A stretch of DNA of 64,000 nucleotides, taken from Parcubacteria group bacterium. Its GTDB lineage: Bacteria > Patescibacteriota > Patescibacteriia > UBA1558 > GWA2-36-10. The DNA is taken from contig PQAE01000002.1 of the NCBI GenBank assembly GCA_003104935.1, positions 3,527-67,526 on the forward strand. Direction: 5' to 3'. Below the pieces are notes generated by a model. The model did no database searches, was not told the origin of the DNA, and worked only from the letters and a program-made list of their open reading frames with translations. This document shows positions 8,291 to 18,367 of this stretch, piece by piece. The translations under genes and the position numbers were made by a program. Position 1 is the first letter of the stretch; every line of letters begins with the position of its first letter.

Positions 8291-9961
8291 CTAAGGTCGG
8301 AATAGATCTATTTGCGCCCGCAAGTTAAAAATCCGCTTATCGGGAATGTAAGAAATAATGTTAAAATCAAGGCTTTTTATGTTCCAATCCACCAAGAGCT
8401 CTTTTTGGCTGATCGGCAATGTAGATATCATCAGACGCTTGACCTGGGCCCGACCGATAACCGCAAAAGTAAATTTTACCATTATTTTTAGACTTTGACC
8501 CTCTACCCAGACGTCCGCGGCCGGCTCGGAAGATACCAAACTGGCTTCTACCAATTGGGGGATAATATAAGATCCCTCTACAGTATATTTTTTATTCAAC
8601 TCGGCTATGGTCTTAGCGGCCAGATCATTTTTTAAATATTCCAGAGCAGATTCATAACTTAGGCCGGGAGCCACACCCTCGGTCTCTAACTCCAAAATAT
8701 ATGGTTTAGCCATCAGCAGGCCCGGCGTAGCCGGATCCTCCAGTAGCGACACCCTTATTTCCTGACTGGCATTATAATTATTAGTACTAAAACGCTCCAA
8801 AATTGAATCTTTAAAAAAATAAAACGCCACTCCCCCCGCGATAAGCAAGGGCAAAATAATCAACAATAATATTTTCAAAACGCGCCGCTTAAGTCTCGGA
8901 CCGATAGGTACGCCTGGTTTTTTTATTTTTTTGGCCAAAAAATTTATCTCCGGATTGCCATAGGCAAAACTAGCCAGACCCACGGCATTGATATATTTGG
9001 TGATGGCCAGCGGCTCGGGAAAACTATTGTCCGCCAGCAATGATTGGCCGATGACTACCGGCAATAAAAATTTATTGCTGAAATACTGACCGATATCTTT
9101 GAGTTGGGCCGAACCGCCGATGAGTATCACCTGCTCGATTTTCTCGTTGTATTTTTCCTGGTAGTAGGCGCTAAAACGGCTGATCTCAGAGGCTAAAAGA
9201 TCAAGCTGACTGATAATAATCTGGCCGATCTGATTGTCCGGCGCGGCAAAGCTAAAGCTTTCTTTGTTGCTTTCCGCCTCGGGCAAAGTGATATTCAGCG
9301 TGCTGGCGATGGCTTGGCTGATATGATCACCGGCGATGTTGATGTTAACCGTATCGCGCAGGCCCAGGGTATTAAAAACAGTAGCGATCGTGGTGCGCGC
9401 CCCGATGTCCAGCATCAGTGTAACTTTATTTTTAAACTGATTGCCTAGGCCGGCAAAAGAGCTGACGGCTTCACTACAGACCCCCTCTACTTCCAGACCC
9501 AGTTCCGCAAAAACTTTGGTCAAGGTAGTGACGCTATCCTGGCGAACGGCCATGAAAAATACTTCCCGGAAATTTCCCCGATTGCCCAAAATTTTTACGT
9601 AAGTAAGCAGATTTTCAGGATCTTCGGGAATTATTTCCGCCGCCTTACTGGCCACAAAGCCCATCATTTCCTTATTTTTTAAATTTTTGGGAACGGAAAA
9701 AATACGGGTATAGGTCTGGGATTCGGGTATGGACAAAAATACTTTTTTGGCGCTGATCGGTTTTGGCTTAGCGTTAGCCAGCAACTTTCCCAGGGCATCT
9801 TTGAGCCGAACCAGATCCAATATTCGGCCATTGTCAACGATGTCTGGTGACAATCGAAAACGGGAATAAGCCGACACCACTAAACCTCGGTTACTTTTTC
9901 CTAAAATAACCGCTTCTATGGAAGTGTCAGAAATATCAATGCCGACTAAATTTTTTGTCAT
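8291..9961 (-). CDS. pilM: PilM actin-like protein fused to a TM and extracytoplasmic (PilN-like) domain
   Basis: VGIDISDTSI, LDIGARTT, ILIGGSAQL, AVGLA; then EINFL, basic run, TM, ~170 aa domain. Confidence 0.85.
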   Translation of the reverse strand: MTKNLVGIDISDTSIEAVILGKSNRGLVVSAYSRFRLSPDIVDNGRILDLVRLKDALGKLLANAKPKPISAKKVFLSIPESQTYTRIFSVPKNLKNKEMMGFVASKAAEIIPEDPENLLTYVKILGNRGNFREVFFMAVRQDSVTTLTKVFAELGLEVEGVCSEAVSSFAGLGNQFKNKVTLMLDIGARTTIATVFNTLGLRDTVNINIAGDHISQAIASTLNITLPEAESNKESFSFAAPDNQIGQIIISQLDLLASEISRFSAYYQEKYNEKIEQVILIGGSAQLKDIGQYFSNKFLLPVVIGQSLLADNSFPEPLAITKYINAVGLASFAYGNPEINFLAKKIKKPGVPIGPRLKRRVLKILLLIILPLLIAGGVAFYFFKDSILERFSTNNYNASQEIRVSLLEDPATPGLLMAKPYILELETEGVAPGLSYESALEYLKNDLAAKTIAELNKKYTVEGSYIIPQLVEASLVSSEPAADVWVEGQSLKIMVKFTFAVIGRAQVKRLMISTLPISQKELLVDWNIKSLDFNIISYIPDKRIFNLRAQIDLFRP

Positions 9962-9979
9962 TATTTTTTATAACTTATA

Positions 9980-10732
9980 CTATTCAGCGCAAACATTTGT
10001 GCAGTAGCCACAAAGTGCATCACAATATAATTCGCCGCCGGCACAGCCCACAGCACCGTCATAAACATCATTGGCGCTACAATTATATGAACCCGTGTAG
10101 TCGCAAACTTCCCCGGTTTCTTTGATACCATTGCCACAGACCGGACAACTACCGCAGTCGGTAGCACAGTTATTGCAATTCTCGGTGCCGCTACAGCTAC
10201 CGTTGCCGCAATAGCATTGACCGCAGTCTATAGGGCAATTGGAACAAGTCTCTCCGGCAGTGCACCGCCAATCACCGCACAAAGCCGCAGTTGCACTAAT
10301 TGTATCATAATACGTGGCGTCTTTATAAGAGTCCACCCGGACTGGCGTGGAAGAAACATTTACCGACAAAACCACGGTCTTGCCCCAAGACCCAAAGCCA
10401 GTGGTGCTACTGGCAGTAGTGGTGACGCTCTTTAAGCCGGCGGAAGCGGCCCCGATTTTATAACTACAGGCGACGCTGACTTTATCCATATTAAAAGATC
10501 CTTCAGTTTGTTTTAGGGCGTCCAGGCGCCAGAGAGCGTCATTAACACAAGAATCTAAATCAACCTGCAATGATTCTTTTTTGGTCAATTGAAAATTAGA
10601 CTTAGTATTGGTCGCATTAATGCCGGATATAACAACGGCTGATACCAGGGTCAGGGTCGTGATCATAATCACCAGTAATAAAGCGGAAACTCCCTGTTGG
10701 TTTTTTACCTTTTTATATAAATTTATAGTCAT
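9980..10732 (-). CDS. PilX/GspK-like minor pilin with C-terminal Cys-rich repeats
   Basis: QQG/VSALLLVI (no Glu5); tail CGDWRCTAGETCSNCPIDC...CGNGIKETGEVCD. Confidence 0.8.
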   Translation of the reverse strand: MTINLYKKVKNQQGVSALLLVIMITTLTLVSAVVISGINATNTKSNFQLTKKESLQVDLDSCVNDALWRLDALKQTEGSFNMDKVSVACSYKIGAASAGLKSVTTTASSTTGFGSWGKTVVLSVNVSSTPVRVDSYKDATYYDTISATAALCGDWRCTAGETCSNCPIDCGQCYCGNGSCSGTENCNNCATDCGSCPVCGNGIKETGEVCDYTGSYNCSANDVYDGAVGCAGGELYCDALCGYCTNVCAE

Positions 10733-10739
10733 AAAAAAA

Positions 10740-12074
10740 TTAATTTTCGCCCTGCGATTGTAAGGCCCAGACTTCGCTAGGCGTCAAAGCACGATTGTAC
10801 ATCCTCACATCGTCTATGATCCCGTTCCAACCGCCCCGAGAAACTCCGAATGCCCCGTTAGCCACATAAGGCACTAGCGTAGGTAAACCGGTCGTGGTAG
10901 TGGTGCTAATGCCTCCCACTCCTTTTTTATAGAGATATTGGGTAGCTGTATTTTTGGCCGGATCAAATACCATGGTCATCAAATATGTGGTCAAATCGGC
11001 CATAGTATTACAGGGGGTAATGCCTAAGTTGGAATAACCGCTTTCTGTATCAAACACTCTCATCCAAGAACGACCAACACAAGAAGCATCACTTTTTAAT
11101 GTTTCATAATAATAGCCATAAGTTGTAGGCGAAACCTGACTAATAATATGTATCTCCTGATAACCGCTGGCGTTATAATGCGATTGGGTCCAGGCAGACA
11201 AAGTAAATGGCCCGTCAAAAGCATAAATATCATTCCAGGCCGCGCCACTACCCGATTCGGAATAAAAACAATAATCACTATTAGCTTTTACGAAATCCCA
11301 AGCTCCGCCACTACCATCCACTAATCCCGCTACCAAGTCTGGCGTATAGCAAGTCATCTTTCGGCCGGTGATATCATCAAAGGCGGAGGGAGCAATATCA
11401 TCGTCAAAAGGAAACCAAGAAATCAAACCATAGGGTTGTTCATTGCGCAAAACTATGGTACTGGTGGCGGTAGAAGTGGCCATAGCCGAGCTCAGGCCGC
11501 CCGCGACCTTGCCGACGCCTAAAGTAGTGGTGATCGCCGGAAAACCGTCTTTGGAAGAAGTAGCGGTGGATATGGAGATTTTCCATGAATCATTATAAAC
11601 CGCGACATCCGGAGCAGTTAAATAATAAACATTACCGCGATCGTATGCGCACGCATTGTGTCTGCCGTTATTAGCGATATTTGGATAACACCAAATTTGC
11701 AGACGATTTTCAGAAGGACCGACGATGATTCTAATGCCGCCGCCGTTTTGCACGCAAGTGCCGGGTAGTTTTTCATCACTACTAAAGTATAAAGCTAAAG
11801 AGGGTGTGGCGCTGACAGTATCCGTGCACTCCCCGTTTAAATCTCTCCATAATCCGTCGGCATTTCTAATCAAATAGTCAATAGTACTCATTGCCGATCT
11901 TCTGTTGCGGGCTACTTCCTCCAAATTTGCTAATTTGGAAGAGGATCCTCCCAGTGTCAGGTGAAAACTGATCACTGCCGTCAGCACCAAAGCCAATATG
12001 GCTACATAGACGATGGCCTCGATCAGGGTGAATCCACCAGGGATATTCAAATCTAAAAAATTTTTTAACTTCAT
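10740..12074 (-). CDS. Minor pilin with C-terminal LamG/concanavalin A-like domain
   Basis: GG/FTLIEAIVY; GLISWFPFD, FTLSAW, WNGIIDDVRMYNRALTPSEV. Confidence 0.85.
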   Translation of the reverse strand: MKLKNFLDLNIPGGFTLIEAIVYVAILALVLTAVISFHLTLGGSSSKLANLEEVARNRRSAMSTIDYLIRNADGLWRDLNGECTDTVSATPSLALYFSSDEKLPGTCVQNGGGIRIIVGPSENRLQIWCYPNIANNGRHNACAYDRGNVYYLTAPDVAVYNDSWKISISTATSSKDGFPAITTTLGVGKVAGGLSSAMATSTATSTIVLRNEQPYGLISWFPFDDDIAPSAFDDITGRKMTCYTPDLVAGLVDGSGGAWDFVKANSDYCFYSESGSGAAWNDIYAFDGPFTLSAWTQSHYNASGYQEIHIISQVSPTTYGYYYETLKSDASCVGRSWMRVFDTESGYSNLGITPCNTMADLTTYLMTMVFDPAKNTATQYLYKKGVGGISTTTTTGLPTLVPYVANGAFGVSRGGWNGIIDDVRMYNRALTPSEVWALQSQGEN

Positions 12075-12985
12075 CGGTATTTAATTTTGATAGAATAGAG
12101 GGTAGTACTGGCCGTACTACAGCCGGCCATATCCACCTTGTAACGCATAAAAAGCTGGCCGTTTAAACTATCAGAAGTGCTACTGGTATATTTGATGCCG
12201 CTGGCATCGCTGATTGTCTGGCTCGCTGGACTGCTAAAGGCACTGGTTTGTGATGTTTCCAGAGTTATCACCAGGGAGCAGGCCGCCGGCACCAGACTCT
12301 GCTCAACGGTCACTGAGCGTAATTCTTTAGCGGCCGAACCTATGGTGTAGATCGAGGAAGTCATGGTTGCAGCGGCGGCGCCGGCGACGGTCAGCTGACC
12401 GGCCACGCTGGTAGTAAAGTTGCTTTGGCTGGAATAAGCAGTGCTTAGTGATGAAGTCCGACTGATATCATGCCAGTAAGTTTTTCCCGAAGCCCCGGAC
12501 CAATCGGTTTGCTCCCAGGTGCGGGACCCGGCATCAGTGATATAGGCGGTTAAGATATAATCCTGCATGCCCGATCCGGAAACGGTGACGGTCACTTTTT
12601 TGGTTTGCGGATCATCGCTACCGTTAGAGCTGACGATATTGCCGTTGCTGTCACGCTGTACATTGGCCACTGTCACTACTCTGGTAAAAGCGCTTAGTCG
12701 GTCCGAGGTACCGCTAAACCCCCAGATGCCGGAGGTTTTAGTGACACCGTGATTACCGCCAACGCCATTTTTAAAAGTTACCCAGCTGTAATCGGCAATG
12801 GCTCGAGCCGCTTCTACGCCCTCTTGGGCGAATTGCATCAGCACTTGCTTATCACCGACGCCATAATAAGTCCGATAATTATTTATAGCCACATTCATAA
12901 CTCCGGCGGCTAAAATAGCAAACAAGGCTATTGCCACGACCAGCTCAATGATACTAAAACCTTTTTTATTACTAAAAATCTGCAT
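12071..12985 (-). CDS. Minor pilin (PilV-like) with C-terminal extension; start moved to ATG 12985
   Basis: KKG/FSIIELVVAI, AQEGVEAAR, KKVTVTVS, WEQTDWSG. Confidence 0.85.
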   Translation of the reverse strand: MQIFSNKKGFSIIELVVAIALFAILAAGVMNVAINNYRTYYGVGDKQVLMQFAQEGVEAARAIADYSWVTFKNGVGGNHGVTKTSGIWGFSGTSDRLSAFTRVVTVANVQRDSNGNIVSSNGSDDPQTKKVTVTVSGSGMQDYILTAYITDAGSRTWEQTDWSGASGKTYWHDISRTSSLSTAYSSQSNFTTSVAGQLTVAGAAAATMTSSIYTIGSAAKELRSVTVEQSLVPAACSLVITLETSQTSAFSSPASQTISDASGIKYTSSTSDSLNGQLFMRYKVDMAGCSTASTTLYSIKIKYR

Positions 12986-12986
12986 A

Positions 12987-13490
12987 TCAATCGCCGTAAT
13001 AAACCAGTCCGAAGGGGGTAGTTGATACATTTTTCATGGCCCCGCTGGTACTCTTGATAGCGATCGCTTGTTCCGGCAGATTGGCATAAGTAGTGCTGGC
13101 CAGCCAGCCGGAGTTATAGGTAAAATAAAAGTCGTTTTGTTGCGTTGATTCCAGATAAAAACCATTATTAATCTGCACCATCCGATCATAACTAGTAGAC
13201 CGCGTACTATAGTTTGAACCCTTATAGAGCACTACACAGTCGCCGTTTACCGGATCATTATCTAAAACTCTGATGCCCCAGGTATCGCTCTGAAAGCCGG
13301 CAATGGCATTATTTCGGGCCTGATCGATCAGAGCCGCGACTTCGGCGGCCTTGGCTTTGATGCCTTCGCGGGTGCTCGTGGCCGTAAACAGAGCCGAAGC
13401 CGAAGAAAATAAAACCGCCGCCATCGCTACGACCAGCGCTACCTCAATCAAAGTCAGACCATTACGTTGTCCACGCTGACGCCAAATCAC
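12987..13490 (-). CDS. Minor pilin (FimT/GspH-like)
   Basis: NG/LTLIEVALVV, IDQARNNAI. Confidence 0.85.
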   Translation of the reverse strand: MIWRQRGQRNGLTLIEVALVVAMAAVLFSSASALFTATSTREGIKAKAAEVAALIDQARNNAIAGFQSDTWGIRVLDNDPVNGDCVVLYKGSNYSTRSTSYDRMVQINNGFYLESTQQNDFYFTYNSGWLASTTYANLPEQAIAIKSTSGAMKNVSTTPFGLVYYGD

Positions 13491-14707
13491 TGCTGTTCTA
13501 CTTTACTGGTTAAATCGTAAATCGGATTGATAATAGAAATTGCTACAAAAGCAACTACTAACCCAATGAAAACAAGTAGGGCCGGCTCCAAGATAGTGGC
13601 CAGATTTTTAGTAATATTATCCACTTCACTTTCATAAAACTCCGCTACGGAGCTCAAAATTTCACTCAAGTTACCGGAACGCTCTCCTACTTTGCACATA
13701 CTATTAAATAACCGGGGGAAATAATTATTGCCGGCCAGAGCTTCGGACAGCGCCACGCCTTTTAATACTTTATGATAAATATTAATTGTGGCCTTTCTAT
13801 AAGCTTCATTAGATAGAGTGCGCGACACGATCTCCAGACTCTTATCAATAGTGACACCGCTTCCCAGGAGCGACCCCAAAGTCCGGGCAAATAACGCCAT
13901 GTTTACCTCTCGGATTATTTTTCCAGCCACCGGAATATGTAACATCATCCGGTGAAGAATCAAACGGCTGGAACTCCAGCTCAGTAACATCCTGGCCGCG
14001 ATGAAAATCAACGCCACTAGACCAACTAAATAGGGCCAAAAATTTATTATGAAAGAAGAGGTGTTGATCAGTATCTTGGTGGCCAAGGGTAATTCCAATT
14101 CTAAGGAAGTGAAAAAACCGATTATTTTCGGCAGGACAAAAATGGATACTATGATCACCAAAACAAAAACTGCTAAAAGTATCACTATCGGATAGATCGA
14201 GGCTGACCTGATTTTAGCCTTGAGTTCGTATGATTTCTGTTGCTGAGTAGCCAAAATATTTAGATTTTCAGACAAGCGGCCGCTGGCTTCGCCGATAGCC
14301 ACCATATTGACAAACATGGTATCAAAATCCCGGGGGTGTTTAGCTAGGGCATCGGCCAGACGATTTCCGGATTTGACCTCAGCCAATACTTCTCCTAAGC
14401 GTTTTTTCATAACCGCGGACGAACTGGAGGCGATGGTGTCCAGAGCTTCGTCTATATTCATGCCGGCTCTGATCATAGTCGACAAATGCCTGGCCAACAT
14501 CACCTTGTCAAGCAAAGAAATATGGCCGAGAGTAATGTTTTGTGGGGAAAACCTGGACAAGATATGGCTCTTTGAAATCGGCTGCAGACGGATAATGGAC
14601 GCCTCCTGCAAAGCCAATTTAAACTGCGCTTCGTGGATATTAACCGCTTCTAGACGCCCCTCTTTTATTTGACCGCCAGCACTGACAATTTTATAAGCAA
14701 ATTGCAT
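13487..14707 (-). CDS. pilC: Type IV pilus platform protein PilC/GspF
   Basis: RHLSTMIRAG, GEASGRL, ASIYP, GERSGNL, LEP. Confidence 0.95.
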   Translation of the reverse strand: MQFAYKIVSAGGQIKEGRLEAVNIHEAQFKLALQEASIIRLQPISKSHILSRFSPQNITLGHISLLDKVMLARHLSTMIRAGMNIDEALDTIASSSSAVMKKRLGEVLAEVKSGNRLADALAKHPRDFDTMFVNMVAIGEASGRLSENLNILATQQQKSYELKAKIRSASIYPIVILLAVFVLVIIVSIFVLPKIIGFFTSLELELPLATKILINTSSFIINFWPYLVGLVALIFIAARMLLSWSSSRLILHRMMLHIPVAGKIIREVNMALFARTLGSLLGSGVTIDKSLEIVSRTLSNEAYRKATINIYHKVLKGVALSEALAGNNYFPRLFNSMCKVGERSGNLSEILSSVAEFYESEVDNITKNLATILEPALLVFIGLVVAFVAISIINPIYDLTSKVEQQ

Positions 14708-14708
14708 A

Positions 14709-16394
14709 TTATTGTTTAGTCACTCTTAATATTTCCTCTAAAGTAGTCTTGCCGGAGATTACCTTGGCAAAACCGTCTTCCATCATCGTGACCATACCAT
14801 TGGCCACGGCTTGTTTTTTTATGGTATCCGAATCCGCCCGTTCCAAAATCAAGGGTTTGATATTGTCCACGATTTCTAAAAGTTCAAAAATGCCGATGCG
14901 CCCCTCATATCCGGTCTGATTACAGCTATCACATCCTCGTCCTTTATACAGACGGATTTCGCTGATTTTTTCCGTTTCTAAAAATTTGCTGATATCAATA
15001 TCTTTTTTTAATAGCTCCACGTCGGCGGGCTCTAGAGTATAACTGGCGATGCATTTCATACAGATCCGGCGGACCAGACGCTGGCCGATGATGACGGTCA
15101 CAGTAGAAGCCGCTAAAAACGGCTCTATTTTCATATCCAACAAGCGCGGTAAAGAAGTCGCCGCATCATTGGTATGTAAAGTAGATAAGACCAGGTGTCC
15201 GGTCATAGCGGCATTGATTGCTATCTGGGCGGTTTCCTTGTCTCTGATTTCACCGACCATGATGATGTCCGGATCCTGCCGGAGCAAAGAACGCAATCCC
15301 TCAGCGAAAGTCAGGTTGGTCTTGACGTCCACCTGAATCTGGTTAATGCCGGCCACGTCATACTCCACCGGATCCTCGATAGTGCAGATATTTACATCCC
15401 GCTTGTTCAAAATCTTGATCACGGCATAAAGCGTGGTGGTCTTGCCGGAACCGGTGGGACCGGTGGAGAGAATCATGCCATAGGGTTTTTTTATAGCCCG
15501 ATTTAGGATAGAAAGGTCACGGGATTCCATGCCCAAATCCTCCAGACTGAAAGAATTTCCTTTGGAGGACAATAACCGCATCACCACCTTTTCCCCCTGA
15601 GTCATCGGTATGACCGAGACCCTAATGTCCAATTTATTACCTTCTACCACCGTTACGATCTTGCCGTCCTGAGCGCTACGGGTCTCGTCTGTGCGCAATT
15701 TTGACAATATTTTTATCCTGGCAATAATGATGTCTAAGATACTTTTCGGCAAACTCAAGACATCATAGAGAATGCCGTCAATCCTAAACCTAACTTTAAT
15801 TTCTTTTTCCCCCGGCTCAATATGGATATCGGATGCATGATTGGTGTAGCCGTAGTTTAAAAGATCGTCAACCAGACGGACAACCGGTATATCCTCGGCC
15901 TTGGAGCCCTGCGCCTGGATGGCATGTTTCTGGATGCTGGAAGCATATTCCTGCTGAATAGATTTTTTATAAAGGCCGAAGGTATTGTTAATGTCATACT
16001 CGGTGGCATAAAAAGGCACGACCGTATCTCCAGTCTTCTTCTCTAGAGCTTTAAGAAAATCATAATCAAAAGGATTAGCCGTCGCTACCTTCAACCCCTC
16101 CTGATCACGCCGGAAAGCAATCACTTTTTGATGGCGGGAAACAATCTCGGGAATGAGCGCCAAAACATCGGGCTTAATCTTTTCTTTTGCCAAATAAACA
16201 AAACGCGAACGCAATTCATGGGCGATCAGCTGACCGATCTCCTCTGCCTTGATGACATCCCCGGTTATCAGAAAACTGACCAGATCTTTTTCCTGCTCCT
16301 GGGCGGTCTTCCAGGCGGTATCCAACACGGCCTGATCGACCAGACCGATCTTGCTGATAATCTTATAAACTTTTTCGTCGGAAATAACTGGCAT
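14709..16394 (-). CDS. pilB: Pilus assembly ATPase PilB/GspE
   Basis: ASDIHIEP, GPTGSGKTTTLY, TIEDPVE, LRQDPD.IMVGEIRD, TGHLVLSTLHTND, tetra-Cys motif. Confidence 0.96.
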   Translation of the reverse strand: MPVISDEKVYKIISKIGLVDQAVLDTAWKTAQEQEKDLVSFLITGDVIKAEEIGQLIAHELRSRFVYLAKEKIKPDVLALIPEIVSRHQKVIAFRRDQEGLKVATANPFDYDFLKALEKKTGDTVVPFYATEYDINNTFGLYKKSIQQEYASSIQKHAIQAQGSKAEDIPVVRLVDDLLNYGYTNHASDIHIEPGEKEIKVRFRIDGILYDVLSLPKSILDIIIARIKILSKLRTDETRSAQDGKIVTVVEGNKLDIRVSVIPMTQGEKVVMRLLSSKGNSFSLEDLGMESRDLSILNRAIKKPYGMILSTGPTGSGKTTTLYAVIKILNKRDVNICTIEDPVEYDVAGINQIQVDVKTNLTFAEGLRSLLRQDPDIIMVGEIRDKETAQIAINAAMTGHLVLSTLHTNDAATSLPRLLDMKIEPFLAASTVTVIIGQRLVRRICMKCIASYTLEPADVELLKKDIDISKFLETEKISEIRLYKGRGCDSCNQTGYEGRIGIFELLEIVDNIKPLILERADSDTIKKQAVANGMVTMMEDGFAKVISGKTTLEEILRVTKQ

Positions 16395-16422
16395 ATGATT
16401 TTAAAAATTAGGGAAAAAATTA

Positions 16423-16806
16423 TTACTCCTGATTAAGCTGTCTTTTTAACTTAGTGATGACCGCTTCCAAGCTCATATTATCCTTTACTAAATATTCAAC
16501 CGCGCCCATACTCAATCCCCGCTCAATGTCTTTTTCTTGGCCAAGATTAGATAAAATAATTACCGGTATATTTTTAGTGTTGGAGTCTTTTTTTAATTCC
16601 GCTAAGACTTCAAAACCATTTTTCTGGGGCATGATCATGTCCAGAATTATCAAATCCGGCTTTTCGCCTTTGGCCAGCACTAAGCCCTCTTCCCCGTGCG
16701 CGGCCAGCAGTACCTCATAGCCGTTCTCGCTCAGCTCGGCTTTATAGACCTTGCGCAAAAAATTATCATCGTCGATAAATAATATTTTTGCTTTACCGCC
16801 TAACAT
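16423..16806 (-). CDS. Stand-alone response regulator receiver (CheY/PilH-like)
   Basis: IDDD acidic pocket, LIILDMIMP phospho-Asp, ILSN, GA.EYLVK. Confidence 0.92.
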   Translation of the reverse strand: MLGGKAKILFIDDDNFLRKVYKAELSENGYEVLLAAHGEEGLVLAKGEKPDLIILDMIMPQKNGFEVLAELKKDSNTKNIPVIILSNLGQEKDIERGLSMGAVEYLVKDNMSLEAVITKLKRQLNQE

Positions 16807-16807
16807 A

Positions 16808-18367
16808 TTATTGGGATAATTGGCTAATATCTAAAATCAAAATGGGCTGACCGTCGGAGGTCACCCCTACGCCTTTGATATAATCCAACCGTTTCAGCGC
16901 CGCCGGCGTTTTTTTCATCACCAATTCTCTTTCCTGGATGTTACTGGCTATGGGCAGAGCCAAATGTTTACCATTATAATCCATCAGAGCCACATATTTG
17001 CTCAGAGGTTTTAGCGACCGTAAAGATAATTTTTTAGTTAAAGACAGTATCCGATATTTATGATAGCCGGAAGTGAACCATTTTTGCTCCTCTAAATTTA
17101 TTAACTTATCCGGGCGGACTACCGACGTCACGTGAAACAAGGGCATAGCCAATTGATAAGGGCCCAGGCGCAAAACTAAACTCCGGAAAATAGACAGTGG
17201 TAAGGGAATAGTGACGACAAAAGTGGTGCCTTTGCCGGGCAGACTGGTGACCTTGATTTTGCCGCCCAAAGCCTGTACCCGGTCCTTGACCAGACTTAAC
17301 CCGATACCGCGGCCGGAAACAAAATCAGTATTCTCCGTAGCGGAAATTCCGGACATAAAAATCAGATCGTCCAACTCTTTTCGGGATATTTTCTTACTGC
17401 GGGCCGCACTAATAATTTTATTGTTCACGGCCTTGGCAACTATATCCCTCCAATTTATGCCCCGGCCATTGTCGGAAATAAGTAACTCCATACTATCGTC
17501 GACCAAAGCGGCCCTTAAGGTAATACGTCCGTTTTTCTGGTTCAAACCGATGCCGTGGCTGACGGCATTTTTTAATAACTGAATAATTATTTCAATCAGC
17601 TCATCCAGGATCGCTTTGTCTAGCGATAAATCATTGTCCTCCAGATCCAGGGCTACGGTTTTGCCCTGTTCCCGGGCAATATCCCGGACTAAGTAAGGCA
17701 GAGAAGAAAATATATCCGACAGCGGCACTATGCGGAGCTTTTCCAGCTCGCGGCGCAGATTATTGACCGTGGTATCAGTCTCCACGGATAGCGACAATAT
17801 GTCGGCCAAACCCTGTTTTTTGGCCAAATTTTTGGTCTGCATCACACCGATCAATAGGTCATCGCAAAGGTTTTGTAAAGTATTTAGATGATCAGTGGAA
17901 ACCGCTATTTCGGCGTCAATATGCAGATCGTTGAGGATGGTCTTCTTCTGGCTGAGATTGGCCTTTTGCCTGACCGAGGCGTTTTTTCGCTGACCGCGAA
18001 AGCATGTGCGTAGCACGGCCATCTGTTTGTCCAGAGCAATCTGTCGACCGTTTTTACCGATAGACTCCAGGTTTCTTCGCAACACCTCAACGGTATCAAA
18101 AAACGTGTCTAAAATCTTTCTATTTAATTTTAAACTGCCGTTGTAAACCGCTTCCACGATATCCTCCAAGGTGTGCAAGAACTCCACGGTTTTCTTAAAG
18201 GACATGGTCGCCGCTCCACCCTTCATGGAATGAATCAGACGGAACATGTTTTCAATCAAGATATTGCTGTCCGGTTTTTTTACCAAAGATAAAATAATCT
18301 CATTTAGCTTTTTGAGTTGTTTCTTATTACTGGCGATATACAAACTGGTATATTTTCGGCTAATCAT
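16808..18367 (-). CDS. cheA: CheA-like histidine kinase (HPt-dimerisation-HATPase-CheW; no P2, no REC); start moved to ATG 18367
   Basis: FRLIHSMKGGAATM HPt His; KNAVSHG, ISDNGRGI, VSGRGIGL..VK, GKGTTF; C-terminal CheW-like domain. Confidence 0.9.
   Translation of the reverse strand: MISRKYTSLYIASNKKQLKKLNEIILSLVKKPDSNILIENMFRLIHSMKGGAATMSFKKTVEFLHTLEDIVEAVYNGSLKLNRKILDTFFDTVEVLRRNLESIGKNGRQIALDKQMAVLRTCFRGQRKNASVRQKANLSQKKTILNDLHIDAEIAVSTDHLNTLQNLCDDLLIGVMQTKNLAKKQGLADILSLSVETDTTVNNLRRELEKLRIVPLSDIFSSLPYLVRDIAREQGKTVALDLEDNDLSLDKAILDELIEIIIQLLKNAVSHGIGLNQKNGRITLRAALVDDSMELLISDNGRGINWRDIVAKAVNNKIISAARSKKISRKELDDLIFMSGISATENTDFVSGRGIGLSLVKDRVQALGGKIKVTSLPGKGTTFVVTIPLPLSIFRSLVLRLGPYQLAMPLFHVTSVVRPDKLINLEEQKWFTSGYHKYRILSLTKKLSLRSLKPLSKYVALMDYNGKHLALPIASNIQERELVMKKTPAALKRLDYIKGVGVTSDGQPILILDISQLSQ

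Noticed and set aside
9961-10167. 68-aa ORF overlapping the Cys-rich pilin tail
   Set aside because: Alternative frame of 9980..10732 with no independent signal
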